From Nitrosarchaeum sp. (lineage in GTDB: Archaea > Thermoproteota > Nitrososphaeria > Nitrososphaerales > Nitrosopumilaceae), in assembly GCA_025699025.1 (NCBI GenBank), contig JAILWJ010000001.1:506391-538390 (forward strand): 32,000 nt of DNA, given 5' to 3'. Shown here piece after piece: positions 17,549 through 23,578 of the stretch; the first letter of the stretch is position 1, and each line of letters opens with the position of its first letter. A model generated the notes under the pieces. That model was given only the letters and a program-made list of their open reading frames with translations, did no database searches and was not told the DNA's origin. Both the position numbers and the translations under genes were made by a program.

Positions 17549-17998
17549 ATGAGCAGTTCCAAAATGAGAGACAACATAGAAAGATGGTTAATCCATGAGA
17601 GTCTTTCATTTGATGAAGCCAACAATCCTGAGAATAATTTCCACATAATTGCCAAACATGCAGGACAGTTTGGAATCCCAATAGAGGTATTTGAGCCAAA
17701 GGCACAGCCAGGAGTACTAGCAATTGGAGCCAAAATAGCGATGAAAAACAACCAGATTGCCAGATATAAGGAGTTTAACGAGTATGAGAAAGAGAAATTT
17801 GAGAAAAAAGTGTCTGATTATTGTTACTCGATACAGGCAGTCAATAAGATGATCACAGAGGATGGAAAGCAAAAGATAGGGGTTTACATAGTGTTAGACG
17901 AAAAAACAGATGTCAACCAGCAGACATTTTTTGAGGCAATTAAAAAAGTCTCAGAGATGCATGAAAAAACATCACGGTTTTTAATGAAAACGTTCTAA
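17549..17998 (+). CDS. Hypothetical cytoplasmic protein, possibly DUF2299/YbjN-like
   Basis: 149 aa with an ATG start and a TATA-like ATCATATACC about 27 nt upstream. The family assignment is recalled from the N-terminal pattern (IERWLIHESLSF...NNFHIIAK) and is uncertain. Confidence 0.7.
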   Translation: MSSSKMRDNIERWLIHESLSFDEANNPENNFHIIAKHAGQFGIPIEVFEPKAQPGVLAIGAKIAMKNNQIARYKEFNEYEKEKFEKKVSDYCYSIQAVNKMITEDGKQKIGVYIVLDEKTDVNQQTFFEAIKKVSEMHEKTSRFLMKTF

Positions 17999-18370
17999 AT
18001 AGAAAATTCACAGCAACGATGAGCCTCACAACCGTGACGCATCAAAAGACATGCAATTACATATCAAGACAGCCAACATCTTTGCAGTAGGACTGGAGTC
18101 TTGACGAGTGTTTAGAAGCAAAAAGGGGCAAGACCAGATCCACAATGAAGAGAGTTTCTTTAGGGTCAACATTTTTCCAAATACTCCATCTAGCATAACA
18201 TGCAATTAGATAAAAAACAATAGAACTCAAAATCCAAACATCGGCACATTAGATTTTTGATCAGCAATTTGCAGTTCCAAGAGGCCAAGTTTGCAGGCTT
18301 TTGTATGAATCAAAGAAACAAGACCACGGGTTTGCCAAATATTGATTGTTTTGTAAATTTATGCCTAGGC

Positions 18371-18450
18371 GTTAAACCCCCCTTGAAATCTAGTCGATTT
18401 AGGCACAATGCCATTTTTTCAAAATCAGGCATTTACCGGGGGGGTTTAGC
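18371..18450 (+). ncRNA. Candidate structured RNA element or MITE-like inverted-repeat unit (strand uncertain)
   Basis: A 12-bp helix forms between GTTAAACCCCCC (18371-82) and GGGGGGTTTAGC (within 18438-50). It encloses two hairpins: AAATC/GATTT (18386-18400) and AATGCC/GGCATT (18407-18433), the latter with an inner ATTTT/AAAAT extension. The region has no convincing ORF. Confidence 0.3.
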
Positions 18451-18601
18451 ACTCGTGCCTGTATGCGAAATGCAATCATCAAACCACCAAGATGTCCCCA
18501 TAAAACATGGGTCAAGTTTTAAAGTCATGCGTAAAAGCTAAACCCCCAAATTTTCAATAAAAATAAGACTCGATCATGCAAAAATGGACAAAATAAGTCC
18601 A

Positions 18602-18700
18602 CTAAATAGAGAGGGCAAACAGCAAAGGAACTGCTATAATTCCAAAAATTACAGCAATCTTGAGGTAATCTTTCTTGTCCAAAGGCTTGAATTTTCCCAT
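18602..18700 (-). CDS. Candidate 32-aa single-TM micro-protein
   Basis: ATG at 18700 to TAG (complement of 18602-04). Translation is MGKFKPLDKKDYLKIAVIFGIIAVPLLFALSI. It is in a different frame from the 65-aa track ORF. Confidence 0.25.
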   Translation of the reverse strand: MGKFKPLDKKDYLKIAVIFGIIAVPLLFALSI

Positions 18701-18829
18701 AATTATCCTGCTGTTTTGACACATTTTTAATTTAATTGATAAAATGCACGGAAAAGTCCAAAAAGGAACCCAAAAAACGCCTCAAATTCCACCCATTTTA
18801 TGTCATAAAGGTGGGTAATAGAATCAAGA

Positions 18830-18887
18830 TTCAGGCCAGTTCCCTCTCAAGTGTGTGTTTTACACACGGCCTGAAGCTTACTTTTTT
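18830..18887 (+). terminator. GC-rich interrupted hairpin followed by a T6 run
   Basis: TTCAGGCC (18830-37) pairs with GGCCTGAA (18868-75). This stacks on GTGTGT (18851-56) paired with ACACAC (18862-67). CTTTTTT follows at 18881-87, upstream of the TATA-like box of the next gene. Confidence 0.35.
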
Positions 18888-18900
18888 CTAAATATTACAA

Positions 18901-18908
18901 CTATATAC
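18901..18908 (+). promoter_or_regulatory. TATA-like box upstream of the 18932 gene
   Basis: CTATATAC is centred about 27 nt upstream of the ATG at 18932. Confidence 0.35.
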
Positions 18909-18931
18909 CAAATTTTCAGAGGAATGGTACC

Positions 18932-19417
18932 ATGGCAAGCTTGGGGATATTCATCGTGATAGGTGCAATCATAGCATCTATGGGCATTGCAATGTACACA
19001 TACACACAATACCAAACAAACTACATTACTGCAAATGCAGGAGAGCCAATAGTTATCGGTCCTGTAGAATACACCATATTTTTTGAAGGAACCCATGATG
19101 GAGACGAAGATACAATGCCTGAAAACACGTTTGTAAAAATAAGAATTAATGCAAAAAATATCAGCAATGAAGAAACAAGAATGTCAGGAGGGCAGTTTTA
19201 TCTCATTGATGAAAAACAGAAAAAACACCAGCCAGTATACGGGGCGTTTTCCTCAGAAGATCTACTGGAGGACTGGTTGGAACCTGGCAAGCCAGTAAGC
19301 TGGACAACACAATTTGATGTACCATATGATGATCAAAAAGAGTTTAGCATAACAATCAAGCCAACAAAACAACAAAATACGGTGGATGTTGGCAACATCT
19401 GTATCAAAAACTGCTGA
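18932..19417 (+). CDS. Membrane-anchored extracytoplasmic beta-rich protein (DUF4352-like)
   Basis: 161 aa with an N-terminal TM (LGIFIVIGAIIASMGIAMY). The pattern VKIRINAKNISNEETRMSGGQFYLIDEKQKKH resembles DUF4352 domains; the family call is tentative. Confidence 0.7.
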   Translation: MASLGIFIVIGAIIASMGIAMYTYTQYQTNYITANAGEPIVIGPVEYTIFFEGTHDGDEDTMPENTFVKIRINAKNISNEETRMSGGQFYLIDEKQKKHQPVYGAFSSEDLLEDWLEPGKPVSWTTQFDVPYDDQKEFSITIKPTKQQNTVDVGNICIKNC

Positions 19418-19425
19418 TCGCAAAA

Positions 19426-19459
19426 ATTGAAAAACTGAAAAATGGTCAAATTTTTCAAT
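19426..19459. repeat. AT-only inverted repeat ATTGAAAAA-N16-TTTTTCAAT after the stop at 19417
   Basis: 19426-34 and 19451-59 are exact reverse complements. Confidence 0.5.
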
Positions 19460-19487
19460 CATCAATGTAATAATGTGTGACTTTTAC

Positions 19488-19495
19488 CATATAAC
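19488..19495 (+). promoter_or_regulatory. TATA-like box upstream of the basic repeat protein gene
   Basis: CATATAAC is centred about 28 nt upstream of the ATG at 19520. Confidence 0.3.
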
Positions 19496-19519
19496 ATCTA
19501 TAACTCATCCTCTTTAGGC

Positions 19520-19792
19520 ATGGCAACTTCAAAAGCCAAAAGGTCAGAAGCAGCTAAAAAAGCAGCAAGAACTCGAAAGAGAAATGCAGCTAAAAAAGCA
19601 GCAGAAGCCGCAAAGGCAGCAGCCGCTCGAAAGAGAAGCGCAGCAGCAAGAAAAGCAGCTGCAACTCGCAAGAGCGCTGCAAGAAAAGCAGCTCCAAAGA
19701 GAAAGGCAGCTAAACGCAGAGCCGCTCCAAAGAGGAAATCAGCTGCAAGAAAAGCAGCTCCAAAGAGAAAGGCAGCTAAACGACGACGTTAA
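19520..19792 (+). CDS. Polycationic Ala/Lys/Arg repeat protein (histone H1 tail-like / AlgP-like low complexity)
   Basis: 90 aa, almost entirely A, K, R, P, S and T (AAKKAA, ARKAA and PKRKAA units). The nucleotide repeats are in frame, with periods of 36 and 66 nt. It has an ATG start and a TATA-like box. Confidence 0.65.
   Translation: MATSKAKRSEAAKKAARTRKRNAAKKAAEAAKAAAARKRSAAARKAAATRKSAARKAAPKRKAAKRRAAPKRKSAARKAAPKRKAAKRRR
19676..19782 (+). repeat. Internal tandem duplication: 41-nt perfect direct repeat at a 66-nt period
   Basis: GCTGCAAGAAAAGCAGCTCCAAAGAGAAAGGCAGCTAAACG occurs at 19676-19716 and again at 19742-19782. In addition, an 18-nt GCAGCTAAAAAAGCAGCA occurs at 19550-67 and 19586-603. 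Confidence 0.95.
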
Positions 19793-19835
19793 GCTGCCTT
19801 TACTAACTTTTTTACAAGAACATGCTAGAATAATG

Positions 19836-19863
19836 ATGTTTCTAAATTCGAATTTAGAAACAT
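19836..19863. repeat. Perfect 28-bp palindrome ATGTTTCTAAATTCGAATTTAGAAACAT
   Basis: I verified self-reverse-complementarity by hand. It lies between convergent genes that end at 19792 and 19873. Confidence 0.95.
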
Positions 19864-19872
19864 TTAGAATTT

Positions 19873-20280
19873 CTACTCGTCAGTCATTTTCAATTCAGGC
19901 AAAACAAAAACACGTTCAGGTTTTATTTTCAGGATGATTCGCTTCTCATCATTTCTTTTGAAAGGATAGTGTTCACGTCCCATGTATTGTCGAGTCAGCT
20001 TGTCAGCATGCTTGTAATCATAATCAGGAATCAATTCTGTCACGGTACCCCGTATGGTTGTCATATCAAGAGGATTGTCTGCAGATACAACGGATACTGC
20101 AACACGAGGATCACGCAAAACATTTTTGTGTTTAATTCTTCCTTCAGCAGTGTTTACCAAGATGTGTCCGTCTTCAAGATTTGCCCACACAGGCGAGAGC
20201 TGGGGTGAGCCGTCCTTCATCAAGGTTGCAACAAAAACAAGATTTTTTTGCTGAAACAGTCTTTCTGCTTTTTTCTCCAT
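19873..20280 (-). CDS. Pyridoxamine 5'-phosphate oxidase-family (PPOX / flavin or F420-binding split-barrel) protein
   Basis: 135 aa. FVATLMKDGSPQLSPVWANLEDGHILVNTAEGRIKHKNVLRDPRVAVSV is typical of the PPOX-class family. Confidence 0.75.
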   Translation of the reverse strand: MEKKAERLFQQKNLVFVATLMKDGSPQLSPVWANLEDGHILVNTAEGRIKHKNVLRDPRVAVSVVSADNPLDMTTIRGTVTELIPDYDYKHADKLTRQYMGREHYPFKRNDEKRIILKIKPERVFVLPELKMTDE

Positions 20281-20594
20281 TACTGCTCATTTCTCCAAAT
20301 TGTTTCTAGTTTTTCGATCTTAGTTATGATCTCCAGCGCACGTTGTGGATCTCGTTCTTGCATGGCAATTGAAAAATCATAGCCAAGATGAATTGCCTCA
20401 GGAGCGAGGTCCTTTATAGAGATCAGATCACGGCCTTCAAGCCTAATTCTTTCGCCAATTGCGCACATTTTCCAATTATCTGACAAGTCTTGATGGGATG
20501 CATTGAGATCCTCATGTACACGCTGACGCCAATGAGTCAGCCTCATCTCCCCAAGAAGATGCTCTGTTTTCTGGCTGTAAAACACACGGACCAT
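20280..20594 (-). CDS. Hypothetical protein
   Basis: 104 aa. Its TAA overlaps the PPOX ATG (TAATG on the minus strand), so the two are probably co-translated. I recognised no family. Confidence 0.6.
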   Translation of the reverse strand: MVRVFYSQKTEHLLGEMRLTHWRQRVHEDLNASHQDLSDNWKMCAIGERIRLEGRDLISIKDLAPEAIHLGYDFSIAMQERDPQRALEIITKIEKLETIWRNEQ

Positions 20595-20633
20595 ATTAGA
20601 AATACATCAACAGGATACTTAGGGTTTTCTTGC

Positions 20634-21188
20634 TCATTTTTTGCCAGAATTTTCAAAGACACTTGTCATGGCACGGTTCATGATCTCCATGACCAGGTAC
20701 TGAGAATAGTCCTCAGAATTTTCGCCTTTGACTTTTTTTGATTTTGTGGTTTTTGGCGCAAGGCTTTTTAGAATTTTTTCAATTTTTACAGAGGTGTTAT
20801 CGATGACTTTGGAGTACTTTAGATCAAAATCTTTGGGTGCCGCATATCCAAGTAATTTTGTAGTGGTGCTGTAGTATTTGGTAATGGCACCTCGAGACTC
20901 TTCGATTTTGGCAATCTCAATTAATCCGGTCTCTTTTAAGATGTCAAGATGGTGTCTGACAGTAGTGAGGGCTTTTTTGTATCCAGTCTTTTTCAGTTCA
21001 TTTGAAATCTGGTCTGCAGACAATGCTCGTTTGTAAAGAATCTCAATAATTTTTACCCGTGCAGGATCTTCAATTGCACGTGCATGCTCTATACTTGTAG
21101 TGACTATACGGTTTACTTTGATTTGTTTTTCTAGCAGTGTTGACATGCCTGATTGTCTATTTTTTGATCTAAAAGATCCTAGTATCAT
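20634..21188 (-). CDS. ArsR-family winged-helix transcriptional regulator with about 80-aa C-terminal extension
   Basis: 184 aa. IEDPARVKIIEILYKRALSADQISNELKKTGYKKALTTVRHHLDILKETGLIE is an ArsR/SmtB-type HTH. An alternative start is at 21146 (MSTLLEK). Confidence 0.8.
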   Translation of the reverse strand: MILGSFRSKNRQSGMSTLLEKQIKVNRIVTTSIEHARAIEDPARVKIIEILYKRALSADQISNELKKTGYKKALTTVRHHLDILKETGLIEIAKIEESRGAITKYYSTTTKLLGYAAPKDFDLKYSKVIDNTSVKIEKILKSLAPKTTKSKKVKGENSEDYSQYLVMEIMNRAMTSVFENSGKK

Positions 21189-21532
21189 ATTTTTTTGTCT
21201 AATCGCATCAATTTTTTTTTGTTGCCACTAATATCAGACCAATACAAAAAACATACAACCGATAGTACTTTAGTTGTAGCGCTAGCAATGTTTTTGGTAG
21301 CATAATGAGAATCATAAAAGCACTACAATGATTATGATATCGGTACGACATATTATGAAAAGGTAACAAAAAAAGAAATCCAGGGCAACATGCCACCCAT
21401 ATGACGGCAGTGGGGTGGATCAGGGGGTATTTTGCGACAGGGTCAAAAACAAAATTCGAGTTGAACACAAGATGCCAGTCTGCATCTAGTCACAAAGATG
21501 AATTGACAAAGATTGGATTGATAACAACACTA

Positions 21533-22357
21533 TCAGATAGATGAGCCGGTGAGTTTTTGATACGCCGTAATGTACCGAAGAGTCATCTTTTGGATTATCT
21601 CAGAGGGGATTGTAGGTGCAATTGGTTCATTGCCTGCATCTCGTGCATCATCAAATTGTTTTTGATAGCCGTGTTCGGTCAGCCAATCGCGCAGTATTTG
21701 CTTGTCATAAGCCTCCTGGGTTTTTCCAACAGCATAAGTGTCCTTTGGCCACAACCGGTACTCATCAGGTCCAATAGAATCACCAAGGGTGATCTTGCCA
21801 TCTAGCATTCCAAACTCTAGTTTCAAATCAGCCAGTATGAAACCTGCATCATCGGCAATCTCGGACATTTTTTTGTAAATATCTACAGATGTTTTTTCCA
21901 ACCAAGAGTATTGAGCATCTGTTACTAGATTCATCTCCAGGGCCTTTTTCTTGTCAATGGGAATGTCATGCTCGGATTTTGTCGTGGGATCAAAGATGGG
22001 TTCTGGAAGTTTTGCGGCAATTACGGGACTAGCCCCATCAGGCAAGTGGATCTCACCTTTCTTCCACCTGCCAACAAGACTGCCATAAAAATAACCCCGC
22101 ACAACACACTCGATTGGAAGCATCTGCATCTTTTTTACAATGATCTCATTATCAGAGACCCTCCTGACAAAGTGGTTTGCCACAGGCAACTTGTTGAACC
22201 AAAATTCGGCAAACTTGCACAGAACCTCGCCCTTCCGGGGTATGTCCTGGACAAATTTTACATCATACGCAGAGACCCTGTCAGAGAACCTGAAGAGCAG
22301 GGTATCGTCACCCATATCATACAGATCCTTTACTTTGCCAGAAGCCAGGAATTTCAA
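21533..22357 (-). CDS. purC: Phosphoribosylaminoimidazole-succinocarboxamide (SAICAR) synthase
   Basis: 274 aa. It contains [16 protein letters not shown] and LADLKLEFG, all PurC motifs. Confidence 0.92.
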   Translation of the reverse strand: MKFLASGKVKDLYDMGDDTLLFRFSDRVSAYDVKFVQDIPRKGEVLCKFAEFWFNKLPVANHFVRRVSDNEIIVKKMQMLPIECVVRGYFYGSLVGRWKKGEIHLPDGASPVIAAKLPEPIFDPTTKSEHDIPIDKKKALEMNLVTDAQYSWLEKTSVDIYKKMSEIADDAGFILADLKLEFGMLDGKITLGDSIGPDEYRLWPKDTYAVGKTQEAYDKQILRDWLTEHGYQKQFDDARDAGNEPIAPTIPSEIIQKMTLRYITAYQKLTGSSI

Positions 22358-22403
22358 GCAAACATGCTATAATGCATTCAGATTTAACTGCTAGGAAACC
22401 ATC

Positions 22404-22790
22404 TCAAGAGCCCATCATTCCGACCATTTTTGGCAGTTCCCGATATGCCTTGTTTACAAAGATGCCGTTATCTGCCTCAATCATGACAAATTCCATTGGG
22501 TTGTCAGGAGGAGGGGAGAGGATGATTTTCTGGCCCGGCTTTAAAGTGGCAATGTCAAGCACGTCGCCTGCTCCAAAATTCACATGGATGTTAGTCAATG
22601 GCATCGAGCCCGTATTTTGAAGCGTGATCCTCCCGGTGACAAAGAGGTTTTGCTTGTCTATTATGGGGTCAACAAAAAGGTCATAATCCTGGGTGGATAC
22701 TGACAGTTTTAGAATGTCCAATCCAAAAATCATTGCCATGATTACAATGACGCCAACTCCAACGCCAATAAGAGCAGTGTATTGGTTCAC
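22404..22790 (-). CDS. Membrane-anchored hypothetical protein
   Basis: 128 aa with a GTG start and an N-terminal TM (LIGVGVGVIVIMAMIFGL), followed by a beta-rich domain. Confidence 0.6.
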   Translation of the reverse strand: MNQYTALIGVGVGVIVIMAMIFGLDILKLSVSTQDYDLFVDPIIDKQNLFVTGRITLQNTGSMPLTNIHVNFGAGDVLDIATLKPGQKIILSPPPDNPMEFVMIEADNGIFVNKAYRELPKMVGMMGS

Positions 22791-22814
22791 GATATCTAGT
22801 GTTTTTTCTGATAA

Positions 22815-23099
22815 TTAAGATTGTTTGACTTGGACACCGTTCCAAAATGCAACCATGCCTTTGATTTTTTTTGCAGCGTCATTGGGTTCTGCATAATACC
22901 ATGCACAGTCTTTGTTGGTCTTGCCGTTGACAGTAACAGAGTAATAGTTTGCCATGCCTTTCCATCCGCAAAAAGTTGTAAGGTCGGTTTTTTTGAAAAA
23001 CTCTGATTTTATCGAGTCTATTGGAAAGTAGTGATTTCCCTCTACAACTATCGTTGAATCAGATTCCGCTATTACAGTGTCATTCCAAATTGCTTTCAC
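22815..23099 (-). CDS. DUF427-domain protein
   Basis: 94 aa. EGNHYFP, CGWKGMANYYSV, DCAWYYAEP and VAFW match the DUF427 pattern. Confidence 0.8.
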   Translation of the reverse strand: MKAIWNDTVIAESDSTIVVEGNHYFPIDSIKSEFFKKTDLTTFCGWKGMANYYSVTVNGKTNKDCAWYYAEPNDAAKKIKGMVAFWNGVQVKQS

Positions 23100-23331
23100 A
23101 TACAGAGTGGCTAAAAAACAATATTTAAAGAAAATCCCAGATCAGCCAAGTTCATGAAAGGACGAATTTGGTAAAAAAAGACCATTATTTTGAAACGCTC
23201 AGGCACAAATTAAATGGTGTAAAATGGTACATTTTAAAAAATCAAAATGACCGGTTTATAATTCTCTAAAAAGCGTTCGGATAGATGTAATTTAATTTTA
23301 AAATGGTCGTGTAGGAATTATCCAGTTAGGA

Positions 23332-23577
23332 TTATTTTTTGTCTTGCTCTGGGATTACGGATAAAGTCGTAGTGGAAAGCACATACGGGACCTTTCGTAT
23401 TTGTTTGGTGATGACATCCTCTACTTCTCGGGACGTGTTGCCTTCAATTTTTACAAATATATCATAAACTCCAAATGTTCCCTTGGCCTCTTTGACTTGA
23501 TCAATTTGTAGGAGTTTGTTCATCACGTCCATCTCGTGGGCCATCTCGCTTTTTACCAAAACATACGCAGTTTCCAT
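23332..23577 (-). CDS. Stand-alone Lrp/AsnC ligand-binding (RAM) domain protein
   Basis: 81 aa. METAYVLVK...VKEAKGTFGVYDIFVKIEG...VITKQIRKVPYVLSTTTL fits the RAM fold pattern, and there is no HTH. It starts 1 nt after the purF stop. Confidence 0.72.
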   Translation of the reverse strand: METAYVLVKSEMAHEMDVMNKLLQIDQVKEAKGTFGVYDIFVKIEGNTSREVEDVITKQIRKVPYVLSTTTLSVIPEQDKK

Positions 23578-23578
23578 G

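Noticed and set aside
18257-18541. A 94-aa plus-strand ORF (TTG start) and a 65-aa minus-strand ORF (18525-18722) in the ORF-poor region.
   Set aside because: The translations look non-protein-like, being Cys, Trp, His and Phe rich without pattern. The first ORF is spanned by the nested helices, so the region is better treated as non-coding.
18369-18547. A CRISPR-like reading of the three TAAACCCCC-containing repeats.
   Set aside because: There are only three copies, one of them inverted. Spacing is irregular (about 70 and 167 nt), the repeats are only about 11-13 nt long, and no cas genes are present.
18750-18882. Possible RNase P RNA. GGAAAAGTCC (18750-59) resembles CR-I GGAAAGUCC, and GGCCTGAAGCTTAC (18868-82) loosely resembles the CR-V ...GGCUUA.
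   Set aside because: Only about 110 nt separate the two motifs. The P4 pairing I could build is only 4 bp, and I found no CR-II, CR-III or CR-IV equivalents. A covariance-model scan would settle it.
16651-19863. An integrated mobile element at tRNA-Asn.
   Set aside because: I saw no integrase, transposase or viral/plasmid hallmark gene, and no direct repeat of the tRNA 3' half in the window. Only the palindromes and orphan genes hint at it.
19584-19937. A 117-aa Gln-rich ORF in an alternative frame over the basic-protein gene, running through the 28-bp palindrome.
   Set aside because: It is a frame-shifted reading of the GCA/AAG/AGA repeats. It has no start context, and it runs across an intergenic palindrome into the antisense of the PPOX gene.
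21208-21468. An 86-aa minus-strand ORF (GTG start) in the 345-nt ArsR-purC spacer.
   Set aside because: It is hydrophobic but Cys, His, Tyr and Trp rich, with no ATG and no recognisable motif, so there is not enough support to call a gene. The spacer also contains a CCACCC/GGGTGG hairpin (about 21403-21428) of unknown meaning.
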